This document shows, one piece after another, positions 7,813-16,303 of a stretch of 24,890 nucleotides of DNA. The position numbers and the translations under genes were made by a program. The stretch's first letter is position 1. The number at the start of each line of letters is the position of its first letter. Origin of the DNA: an uncultured Eubacteriales bacterium (GTDB lineage Bacteria; Bacillota; Clostridia; Oscillospirales; Oscillospiraceae); assembly GCA_902475515.1 (NCBI GenBank), contig CABSAB010000001.1:1-24890 (forward strand). Direction: 5' to 3'. The notes beneath the pieces are model-generated. The model searched no databases and had not been told where the DNA came from. It saw nothing but the letters and a program-made list of their open reading frames with translations.

Positions 7813-9297
7813 ATGCAGGCCATTGGATTTGATAATCAAAAATATCTGACCATTCAGTCGGAAATGATCCAAAAACGCATTACGGAATTCGGCGGGAAGC
7901 TCTATCTGGAGTTTGGCGGGAAGCTCTTTGACGATTACCACGCATCCCGGGTACTGCCCGGATTTCAGCCGGACAGCAAGATCCGGATGCTGCAGCAGCT
8001 CAAGGATGATGTGGAGATCGTCATCTCCATCAACGCCGCCGATATTGAAAAGAACAAGACCCGGGGTGATCTGGGCATCACCTATGATGACGATGTGCTG
8101 CGGCTGATCGACATTTTCCGGGGCATGGAGCTGTATGTGGGAAGCGTCGTGCTGACCCGGTACAACGGCCAGGCATCCGCCAACGCATTTTTGAAGCGGC
8201 TCACGGCCCTTGGCATCCGCTGCTACCGGCACTATCCCATTGCCGGCTATCCCTCGGATGTCCCGCACATCGTCAGCGATGAGGGACTTGGAAAGAACGA
8301 CTACATAGAAACCAGCCGGTCCCTGATCGTGGTCACCGCCCCGGGCCCCGGCAGCGGAAAAATGGCCACCTGCCTCTCTCAGCTATATCACGAGCACAAA
8401 CGCGGCATCACGGCGGGATACGCAAAGTTCGAGACCTTTCCCGTATGGAACCTCCCCCTGAAGCACCCCGTAAACCTGGCCTATGAGGCCGCCACCGCAG
8501 ACCTGAATGATGTGAACATGATCGACCCGTTCCATCTGGAGGCCTATGGAAAAACCGCCGTCAACTATAACCGGGACGTAGAGATTTTCCCGGTGCTCAA
8601 CGCGATTTTTGAAAAGATCCAGGGCACCTCGCCCTACCGCTCTCCCACGGACATGGGCGTCAATATGGCCGGGCTTTGCATCATGGATGACGACGTCTGC
8701 TGTGAAGCCTCAAAAATGGAGATCCTCCGCCGCTACTACACTGCCTGTGTGGAGCGCATTCAAGGCAAAGGTGATGATGAGCCGGTCCGAAAGCTGGAGC
8801 TTCTGATGAACCAGTCCGGCGTTACGCCGGACCTGTGTCCCGCCGTCTCTGCCGCCTTGCTCAAAGCAGAGACCACCAACGCCCCTGCCGGTGCAATGGT
8901 ACTCCCTGACGGCACAGTCATTACCGGAAAGACTTCTGACACGCTGGGGGCCGCTTCTGCCCTGCTGCTTAACGCTCTGAAGGCTCTTGGCGGCATTGAC
9001 GACCAGTATGAGCTGATCTCTGCTCAGGTATTGGAGCCCATTTGTGCATTAAAGACCCAGTATCTCCAGCACAAAAACCCCCGGCTCCATACGGACGAGG
9101 TGCTGATGGCCCTGACCATTTCTGCCCTGACCAATCCCATCGCCCAGGCAGCCAAGGAGCAGCTATCCAATCTTCAGGGCTGTGACGCCCATTTCACGGT
9201 GATCCTCAGCGAGGAGGATGAGACCCTGCTGAAACGCCTGGGCATCCATGTGAGTTGTGAGCCCCAATACGAGATCAACCGTTTGTATCACAAATAA
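7813..9297 (+). CDS. DUF1846 (UPF0371) family protein
   Basis: Recognisable family motifs GFDNQKY, KLYLEFGGKLFDDYHASRVLPGF, TAPGPGSGKMATCLSQLYHE, GYAKFETFPVWNLPLKHPVNLAYEAATADL and SPTDMGVNMAG. GAGG upstream of ATG 7813. Confidence 0.88.
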   Translation: MQAIGFDNQKYLTIQSEMIQKRITEFGGKLYLEFGGKLFDDYHASRVLPGFQPDSKIRMLQQLKDDVEIVISINAADIEKNKTRGDLGITYDDDVLRLIDIFRGMELYVGSVVLTRYNGQASANAFLKRLTALGIRCYRHYPIAGYPSDVPHIVSDEGLGKNDYIETSRSLIVVTAPGPGSGKMATCLSQLYHEHKRGITAGYAKFETFPVWNLPLKHPVNLAYEAATADLNDVNMIDPFHLEAYGKTAVNYNRDVEIFPVLNAIFEKIQGTSPYRSPTDMGVNMAGLCIMDDDVCCEASKMEILRRYYTACVERIQGKGDDEPVRKLELLMNQSGVTPDLCPAVSAALLKAETTNAPAGAMVLPDGTVITGKTSDTLGAASALLLNALKALGGIDDQYELISAQVLEPICALKTQYLQHKNPRLHTDEVLMALTISALTNPIAQAAKEQLSNLQGCDAHFTVILSEEDETLLKRLGIHVSCEPQYEINRLYHK

Positions 9298-9308
9298 TTT
9301 GGCCATCC

Positions 9309-9334
9309 AGGAGGTGCTCTCAGGAGCACCTCCT
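9309..9334 (+). terminator. Hairpin between the DUF1846 gene and tex (weak terminator or stabiliser)
   Basis: AGGAGGTGCTC-TCAG-GAGCACCTCCT with only a poor U-tract. Confidence 0.5.
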
Positions 9335-9360
9335 TCCAATGTCAAGAAAGGAATCCTGCT

Positions 9361-11526
9361 ATGGAACAACTTGTTGCCTTGCTGTCTGAGGAACTGAACC
9401 AAAAACCCAAGTACATCGAAAACGTTATTACGCTTCTAGATGAGGGGAACACCATCCCCTTTATCGCCCGCTACCGCAAAGAGCTCCACGGAGCCATGGA
9501 CGACACTGCCCTCCGCACCCTGGAGCAGCGGCTCACTTATCTCCGTGGGCTTCAGGAGCGGCGGGACACTGTGACAGCCGCCATCGAAGCACAGGGAAAG
9601 CTCACCGCCGAGCTCTCCGCCGCCATCCAAGCGGTCAAGACCCTGTCGGAGCTGGAAGACCTCTACCGCCCCTACAAGCAAAAACGCCGCACCCGGGCCA
9701 CCGTGGCCAAGGAAAAGGGCCTGGAACCACTGGCGGAACTGCTGTTTTCCCAAACGTCTGACTGTCCCGATCCGATGAAAGCTGCATGGGATTATGTAAA
9801 CCCAGAGCGTGATGTCACCACGCCGGAGGACGCGCTAGCCGGCGCCAGCGACATCATTGCGGAAAAACTCAGCGACGATGCTGCGCTCCGGAAGCTCCTG
9901 CGGGAGCTTATGACCCGGGAGGGGCTGCTCTGCTCCACCGCTGCCACAGAGGAGGACTCTGTTTACCGGCTTTACTACGCATTCTCTCAGCGCATTGGAA
10001 AGCTCCAGGGCCACCAGATCTTAGCTATTAATCGCGGCGAAAAGGAAAAATATTTAAAGGTCAGCGTTCAGACGGACCGGGACAAGGCACTTCAGGTCCT
10101 GCGGCGGGCTGTTGTTCACCCCGGAAGTCCGTCTATGGAGTTTATCAAGTCCGCCGTGGAAGATGCCTATGACCGTTTGCTGTTCCCCTCTCTGGAACGG
10201 GAAATCCGGGCCGCACTAACGGACGACGCCTGCGAGGGTGCTATCTCCCAGTTTGCGCTGAATCTGCGGCCCCTGCTGATGCAGCCACCGGTCAAGGGCA
10301 AGGTCACCATGGGCCTGGACCCCGGCTACCGCATGGGCTGCAAGGTCGCTGTGGTGGACGGCACAGGAAAAGTACTGGACACTACCGTAGTATATCCCAC
10401 CCATGGCAACCGGCAAAAGGCTGAGGCAATCCGAACACTTTCTGGGCTTGTACGAAAACATCATGTGGCCCACATTGCCATCGGCAACGGCACCGCCAGC
10501 CGGGAAACAGAACAAATGGCAGTAGAACTGATCGCCCAGGAGCAGGCCGCCGGAACCGATTTAAGCTATATGATCGTTTCGGAGGCCGGTGCCTCGGTCT
10601 ATTCAGCAAGTCCCTTGGCAGCGGAGGAATTCCCCCAGTTTGATGTCAACCTCCGTTCCGCCGTGTCCATCGCCCGGCGGCTTCAGGATCCCCTGGCGGA
10701 GCTGGTGAAGATTGAGCCCAAGGCCATCGGCGTGGGGCAGTATCAGCACGACATGCCCCAGAAACGGCTGGAGGAGACGCTGGACGGCGTTGTAGAGGAC
10801 TGCGTAAATGCTGTAGGCGTGGATGTCAACACTGCCTCTCCGTCCCTCCTGCAGCGTGTATCGGGCCTCACTGCCACTACCGCAAAAAACATTGTATCCT
10901 ACCGGGAGGAAAATGGACCATTTACCTCCCGGAAACAGCTGCTGAAGGTCTCGAAGCTGGGACCCAAAGCTTATGAGCAGTGCGCCGGTTTCCTGCGGGT
11001 GCCTGAGAGCCAGGATATCCTGGATAATACCGCCGTACATCCGGAATCCTATACAGCCGCAAAATCGCTGCTGAAGCTCACGGGCCACACGCTGGACGAT
11101 GTTCGCGCCGGAACGCTGACCGGCCTCCAGGCAGAACTTCAGGCCTATGGTGAGGAGCAAGCCGCCGCAGCCATTGGCGTGGGCATACCTACTCTGCTCG
11201 ATGTAGCTGCAGAGCTCATGAAGCCCGGCCGGGATATCCGTTCCGATCTTCCTCAGCCGGTACTTCGTACCGATGTCATGGAGATCAAGGACCTGAAACC
11301 CGGGATGGTCCTGACCGGAACCGTCCGAAATGTCATTGATTTCGGTGTCTTTGTGGATATCGGCGTACATCAGGATGGTTTGGTGCACATTTCTCAGCTG
11401 GCTGATCAATACATTCGCCACCCCTCCCAAGTGGTCTCTGTGGGCGATGTGGTAAAGGTAAAAGTTCTGGAGGTTGATGAAAAGAAAAAGCGCATCAGTC
11501 TCTCTATGCGGGATGTAACAGCATAA
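9361..11526 (+). CDS. tex: Tex-family RNA-binding transcription accessory protein
   Basis: EGNTIPFIARYRKE, LEDLYRPYK, GLDPGYRMGCK (YqgF-like domain), IGVGQYQHD, HhH repeats and C-terminal S1 domain FGVFVDIGVHQDGLVHIS. Confidence 0.95.
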   Translation: MEQLVALLSEELNQKPKYIENVITLLDEGNTIPFIARYRKELHGAMDDTALRTLEQRLTYLRGLQERRDTVTAAIEAQGKLTAELSAAIQAVKTLSELEDLYRPYKQKRRTRATVAKEKGLEPLAELLFSQTSDCPDPMKAAWDYVNPERDVTTPEDALAGASDIIAEKLSDDAALRKLLRELMTREGLLCSTAATEEDSVYRLYYAFSQRIGKLQGHQILAINRGEKEKYLKVSVQTDRDKALQVLRRAVVHPGSPSMEFIKSAVEDAYDRLLFPSLEREIRAALTDDACEGAISQFALNLRPLLMQPPVKGKVTMGLDPGYRMGCKVAVVDGTGKVLDTTVVYPTHGNRQKAEAIRTLSGLVRKHHVAHIAIGNGTASRETEQMAVELIAQEQAAGTDLSYMIVSEAGASVYSASPLAAEEFPQFDVNLRSAVSIARRLQDPLAELVKIEPKAIGVGQYQHDMPQKRLEETLDGVVEDCVNAVGVDVNTASPSLLQRVSGLTATTAKNIVSYREENGPFTSRKQLLKVSKLGPKAYEQCAGFLRVPESQDILDNTAVHPESYTAAKSLLKLTGHTLDDVRAGTLTGLQAELQAYGEEQAAAAIGVGIPTLLDVAAELMKPGRDIRSDLPQPVLRTDVMEIKDLKPGMVLTGTVRNVIDFGVFVDIGVHQDGLVHISQLADQYIRHPSQVVSVGDVVKVKVLEVDEKKKRISLSMRDVTA

Positions 11527-11533
11527 AATATCC

Positions 11534-11561
11534 CCCTGCGGACGGGTTGCCATCCGCAGGG
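11534..11561. terminator. Probable bidirectional terminator between tex and lgt
   Basis: Inverted repeat CCCTGCGGA...TCCGCAGGG between convergent stop codons. Confidence 0.65.
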
Positions 11562-11568
11562 AGTTTGC

Positions 11569-12576
11569 TTATTCTGTTTCCGAATCCGTTTCCGGTTCTA
11601 TGGTCTGCTCCGGAGCTTCCTCCGGGGCTGCAGGCACCTCAACGGGCGCTTCCACTTCCGGTGCAGCCGATTCTTCCATATCGGGGACCACAGCGGCTGT
11701 CTCTGTCACGGTCTCAGGTGCACCGGCAGCTGCTGCCATCGCCGCAGCTGCCACTTGATTGACATACAGTGCCTCAGGCTCGTGCTCTTTGAACACTTTG
11801 TTATAGAACAGAAATACCACGGCAAACACCAGGCACAAACCCGCCACCAGCTGGCTGATCCGCAGGTTCGTCCCGAAGAAATACAGGCTGTCCACCCGCA
11901 GGCCCTCAATAAACATCCGTCCCAGACCGTACCAGCCCAAATATGCTACGAATACCTGGCCATCATACTTCCGCTTCTTGGAGAAGAAATGCAGGAGCAG
12001 CAAGCCCAGGGCATTCCACACGGATTCATAGAGAAATGTGGGATGTACATAATTCACTTTCCCGGAGATATCCGTCAGGCCCATTCTCAGAAAGCTATCC
12101 GTGGCGGCGCCAAAGGCCTCCCTGTTGATAAAATTGCCCCAGCGGCCAATGCTCTGACCGATGAGCAGCCCGAGGCCGCCAATATCCAGCATGGCTGCGG
12201 TGCTGATCTTCTTTACCTTGGTATAGGCCACCACTGCCAGTACAGCGCCGATCACACCACCATAGATGGCAAGGCCACCCTCCCAGATAAACAGGACCCG
12301 CACCGGATCATCCCGGTAGAGGTTCCACTGGAACACGCAGTAGTATAGCCGCGCGCACACAATGGCCGAGGGCACGGCGCAGATCAGCATATCGATCAAC
12401 TGATCCTGGGTGATTCCAAATTGCTTGCACCGGCGGGCAGCATACAGCACTGCCAGCAAAAATCCAACGGCAATGATCACGCCATACCAGTAAAAATGCT
12501 TTCCGCCAATAGAAAATGCCACCCGGGAGGGGTTGAAGCTCAGCCCCAGCGCCGGAAAAGAAATATCCTGATACAT
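11569..12576 (-). CDS. lgt: Prolipoprotein diacylglyceryl transferase with an acidic C-terminal tail
   Basis: YWYG, ARLYY, IWEGGLAIYGG, IGRWGNFINREAFG, HPTFLYES and RMFIEGLR motifs. AAGGAG is 8 nt before ATG 12576. Confidence 0.94.
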   Translation of the reverse strand: MYQDISFPALGLSFNPSRVAFSIGGKHFYWYGVIIAVGFLLAVLYAARRCKQFGITQDQLIDMLICAVPSAIVCARLYYCVFQWNLYRDDPVRVLFIWEGGLAIYGGVIGAVLAVVAYTKVKKISTAAMLDIGGLGLLIGQSIGRWGNFINREAFGAATDSFLRMGLTDISGKVNYVHPTFLYESVWNALGLLLLHFFSKKRKYDGQVFVAYLGWYGLGRMFIEGLRVDSLYFFGTNLRISQLVAGLCLVFAVVFLFYNKVFKEHEPEALYVNQVAAAAMAAAAGAPETVTETAAVVPDMEESAAPEVEAPVEVPAAPEEAPEQTIEPETDSETE

Positions 12577-12581
12577 ATTGC

Positions 12582-13865
12582 TCACTCCTTGTTTGTTTCT
12601 TTCGGCAAAATCAGAGACAGCACTGCGCGCTCAGCCGTGATGCTCTGTTCGATCATCTCCTGGACATTCTCTGCCGTAATGGCATCATAGAGTTCCGGGA
12701 ATCGGAAATAGTCGTATCCGTCAAAATCGCTTACAGCCATACGATAGCACATTCCATCAAAGGAATCAAGTCCCCGGATCCGGCGGCCCAGAGAAGACCG
12801 TTTCAGCCGCTGGAACAGCGCCTCATCCACGCCTTCTTTGCATATGCGCGACGCTTCTGCCAAAATGGCGTCCAGCACTGCCTGGGGATCGTCACTGTCA
12901 CCGGAAACGTTGATATTCGGCATGCCCCGAACACTCTCATAGCATACCGAAAAGCCCGAATCGATCAGCCCCGCTTCATAGAGCTTCTGGTACAGGGGAG
13001 AAGATTCTCCGCAGAGCACCTCTGCCGCCAGATCTCCCAACAGCTCCCGGGACAGCCGCAGTTCTCCCTCCGGAAGCGGCGGCAGCTTGAAGCCAATGGC
13101 AAACATGGGCATAGAGACCTCCATGGTCTGAGAAATCACACTTTGCGCCGGAAGCTCCGGTTCCTGGGGGCCGTAATCCCGTGCCGTTGCGCCACCGGGT
13201 GCTTTGGGAAGGATCTCCAAAGCCTTTTTCCGCACCAGCTCCGGGTCCACATCTCCCACCACGCACAGCACCATATTGGATGGATCGTAAAATGCCCGGT
13301 GGCATGCATAGAGCATATCCGCCGTGATGGTCTGGATGCTCTCCACCGTTCCGGCAATTGGCACCCGCAGAGGATGGTGCGCATACATCGCCCGGAACAT
13401 GTTTTCCCCCAGCCGGGAGCCTGGGTTATCCTCGTACATTTTGATTTCCTGGGCAATGATGCCCTGCTCTTTTTCCACACTCTCCGGGGTATAATAGGGC
13501 TCCGACACAAAGTGCAGCAGGATCTCCAGATTTTCTTCAAACCGGTCTGTACAGGAAAAATAATAGGCTGTCATGTGATAGCCCGTAAAGGCATTGGGGC
13601 TGGCACCGGTGGCAGCGAATGCCTGCATGGCATTGCCCTCCTCGGTATCAAACATCTTGTGCTCCAGATAATGGGCAACACCGTCCGCCGAGTTCACTGC
13701 CTTTCCATCCAGGGTGAAGGCGGTATCTACAGAGCCGTAATTTGTGGCAAAAAACGCGTATTTCTTTTCAAACCCCGGCCGGGGAATTACGCGGATGCGC
13801 AATCCGTTTGGGAGTGTGTCCGCAAAGAGCGTCATCTCCAGTCTGGGAAAAAAGCGCCGCTCCAT
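12582..13865 (-). CDS. ymfH: M16-family zinc peptidase, YmfH-like (has the inverted zinc motif)
   Basis: NGLRI, YGSVD, GVAHYLEHKMF (HxxEH), NAFTG, KEQGIIAQEI and YDPSNM. The true start is probably ATG 13865, overlapping the upstream stop (TAATG). Confidence 0.85.
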   Translation of the reverse strand: MERRFFPRLEMTLFADTLPNGLRIRVIPRPGFEKKYAFFATNYGSVDTAFTLDGKAVNSADGVAHYLEHKMFDTEEGNAMQAFAATGASPNAFTGYHMTAYYFSCTDRFEENLEILLHFVSEPYYTPESVEKEQGIIAQEIKMYEDNPGSRLGENMFRAMYAHHPLRVPIAGTVESIQTITADMLYACHRAFYDPSNMVLCVVGDVDPELVRKKALEILPKAPGGATARDYGPQEPELPAQSVISQTMEVSMPMFAIGFKLPPLPEGELRLSRELLGDLAAEVLCGESSPLYQKLYEAGLIDSGFSVCYESVRGMPNINVSGDSDDPQAVLDAILAEASRICKEGVDEALFQRLKRSSLGRRIRGLDSFDGMCYRMAVSDFDGYDYFRFPELYDAITAENVQEMIEQSITAERAVLSLILPKETNKE

Positions 13866-15133
13866 TATACCACTCCTCTCAAGAAAAATACCGTGTCCAG
13901 GCAACAACGCTTCGCCGCCTGCCGCACCTGCTCCGGCGTGACCTCCATCAGCGCCGCAGCCAGTTCTTCGGCCGTATAGGAAAAACCACCGATCTCCTGG
14001 CTCAAGCAAAAATCCTCCATGCGGCCCAGGGAATCCCCGCTGCTTTTGAGGCTGGTACACAGATAGCTTCTGGCCGCCTCCAGCTCCACCGGGGTAATGT
14101 TCCCCTGCCGGCAATCCTCCAACTGGCGGAGGATCTCCGCTTTGGCCGTTTCATAATTTCCGCTGTCCACACCGGAGGACACCAGCATGATGCCCTTGAA
14201 CCGGTCCAAACCGGAGCTCGCGTAATAGCAGAGGCTCATCTTTTCCCGCACATTCATAAAGAGCTTGGAGTTCAGCCCTCCGCCATAGATGCTGTTCATC
14301 AGCAGCAACGCCGGATATTCGGGATCCGCCGAGGTGATCCCGGTGCGGAAGCCCATCACCAGATTTCCCTGGGCGATATCCATTTCTTCCTGAAGCTCCC
14401 GCGCCGCCTCCGGCATGGGCCCAAGGCTTGTATGGACCAAATCGATCTTTTCTCGAGGCAGTGTGTTCAGCGCGTCTTTCAGTGCTGCCTGTAATACGCC
14501 AATATCTGCCCGTCCCGCAAAGACGATCTCGATCCGGCTGCTTGCCAAAATTTTGCGGTAATGGGCATACAGGCTCTCTGGCGTGATATCCTCCACCTGC
14601 TCCCGGGTGCCGTTCTTGTCCACACCATAGGGTTCGCCCCGGAACATTTCCTGCCGCAATCGGATCGCGGCATAGCTGCGCTTATCGTTGATCTGCGCCA
14701 TGATGGCATTGATGAGGTTGGCCTTCTCCCCATCCACATAGTCCCGGCGGAAGGCACCGTCCTCCAACACCGGCTCCAGCAGAAAGCTTCCCAGAAGTGC
14801 ACACATATCCTGGGTAATATGCTCTGCCGGATCTGTGAATTTTTCATCAATATAATCCATAAAGAAGCCGATTGCCTGGACCTCTCCCCGTTTCCGGACC
14901 GCGGCCTGGACCCCGGCACCATAGCGCTGATCCAGCCATGCAGAGATCGCACCCATATCCGGGCACATCCGGCAGCCCCGGAGCAGTACATCCGGCAGCA
15001 GCGCGTTTTCCGCCGCCTCCTTAGTATCAAGGGGCCGCAGCAAGCTTATGGACAAGCAATTGGTACGAAATTTCTCTGTATGCAGGCATGTGAAAAACAC
15101 ACCGGGCAGCAGTTCGATTCTCTGTTGATTCAT
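13865..15133 (-). CDS. ymfF: M16-family non-catalytic partner, YmfF-like
   Basis: TEKFRT, NDKRSYA, GGGLNSKLFMNVREKMSLCYYASS motifs. No HxxEH. AAGGA upstream of ATG 15133. Confidence 0.82.
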   Translation of the reverse strand: MNQQRIELLPGVFFTCLHTEKFRTNCLSISLLRPLDTKEAAENALLPDVLLRGCRMCPDMGAISAWLDQRYGAGVQAAVRKRGEVQAIGFFMDYIDEKFTDPAEHITQDMCALLGSFLLEPVLEDGAFRRDYVDGEKANLINAIMAQINDKRSYAAIRLRQEMFRGEPYGVDKNGTREQVEDITPESLYAHYRKILASSRIEIVFAGRADIGVLQAALKDALNTLPREKIDLVHTSLGPMPEAARELQEEMDIAQGNLVMGFRTGITSADPEYPALLLMNSIYGGGLNSKLFMNVREKMSLCYYASSGLDRFKGIMLVSSGVDSGNYETAKAEILRQLEDCRQGNITPVELEAARSYLCTSLKSSGDSLGRMEDFCLSQEIGGFSYTAEELAAALMEVTPEQVRQAAKRCCLDTVFFLRGVV

Positions 15134-15219
15134 GCAAGTGATCCTTTCCCTCCGCAATTTTGCGGAAGATATTCGTATTCCGTTGTTTCCCGAACGACGG
15201 CAAACATTTCATATCCCTT

Positions 15220-15247
15220 ATTATACAGCACCGCGGCAAAAAGTAAA
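15220..15247 (-). promoter_or_regulatory. Putative sigma-A promoter for ymfF-ymfH-lgt
   Basis: Minus strand TTTACT-16 nt-TATAAT. Confidence 0.45.
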
Positions 15248-15261
15248 CCGAAAAATATAAC

Positions 15262-15290
15262 TTGTATCATAGGCAGGAATCATGTAAAAT
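15262..15290 (+). promoter_or_regulatory. Putative sigma-A promoter for prmA
   Basis: TTGTAT-17 nt-TAAAAT. Confidence 0.55.
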
Positions 15291-15321
15291 AGAGTAGAAT
15301 CCTTACAAAGGAGGCCGCAAT

Positions 15322-16293
15322 ATGGAGTGGCTGGAAGTTTCCATTCAAACCACATCTTCGGCAATCGACCTGCTGGCTGCCCGGCTCACCGCCATCGGCT
15401 ATGACAGCTTCATTGTGGACGACACTGCCGATTTTCAGTCCTTTTTGGAGGACAACACCCAGTATTGGGACTATGTAGACGAGGAACTGGCCGAACGCAT
15501 GGCTTCTGTTTCACAAATCCGGCTATATATCGAAAATAATGTAGAGGCCCCCCAGCGCATTGACGCACTGAAACATGATCTGCTCCGTTTCCGGGAACAG
15601 AATCCCGGCAAGGACCTTGGTACTTTGGCAGTCGCTTTGACGAGTCTTCAGGATCAGGACTGGGAAAACAATTGGAAGCAATACTATCAGCCCATCCCGA
15701 TCGGAAAACGGCTTCTGATCGTCCCCCAGTGGCTGCAGCCGGAAAATCCCGAGGGCCGCATTCCCGTGGTGCTGGACCCGGGTATGATCTTCGGCACCGG
15801 TGCCCATGCCTCCACACAGATGTGTCTGCGGGCCTTGGAAGAACAGATCCAAGGCGGAGAAACGGTCATTGACCTGGGCAGCGGCAGCGGGATATTGTCC
15901 ATCGCCGCCCTGCTTCTGGGCGCAGACACTGCCACCGGTGTGGATATCGACCCTAAAGCTGAAGATATTGCCCGTGAAAATGCCGGGCTAAACGGGCTGA
16001 CTGCGCCCCGATTCTCTGCGGTCACCGGAAATGTGATCGGCGACCCGGCCATGATAGACGCGCTTTCCCGTCATCCCTACGATGTGGTGCTGGCAAATAT
16101 CGTTGCCGACGTCATCATTCCCCTTTCCGCCGTGGTGCCAAGATTCTTAAGGCCTGACGGCATTTTCATCTGCTCCGGCATTCTGAACACCCGGCTTCCG
16201 GAGGTGCTCCAGGCACTGGAGCACGCGGGACTTCAGGTCACGGCCCGGGCAGAGGAAAACGATTGGTGCTGTCTCAGCGCCAAATTGAAGTGA
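15322..16293 (+). CDS. prmA: 50S ribosomal protein L11 methyltransferase
   Basis: DWENNWKQYY, LDPGMIFGTGAHAST, IDLGSGSGILSI, DID, ANIVADVI and SGIL motifs. AAGGAGG RBS. Confidence 0.95.
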   Translation: MEWLEVSIQTTSSAIDLLAARLTAIGYDSFIVDDTADFQSFLEDNTQYWDYVDEELAERMASVSQIRLYIENNVEAPQRIDALKHDLLRFREQNPGKDLGTLAVALTSLQDQDWENNWKQYYQPIPIGKRLLIVPQWLQPENPEGRIPVVLDPGMIFGTGAHASTQMCLRALEEQIQGGETVIDLGSGSGILSIAALLLGADTATGVDIDPKAEDIARENAGLNGLTAPRFSAVTGNVIGDPAMIDALSRHPYDVVLANIVADVIIPLSAVVPRFLRPDGIFICSGILNTRLPEVLQALEHAGLQVTARAEENDWCCLSAKLK

Positions 16294-16303
16294 GGCGCAT
16301 ATC

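Noticed and set aside
13866..14114. N-terminal extension of the 510-aa ORF overlapping ymfF (possible frameshift fusion)
   Set aside because: The extension is not protein-like, and the TAATG overlap with an upstream AGGAG explains a normal start at 13865.
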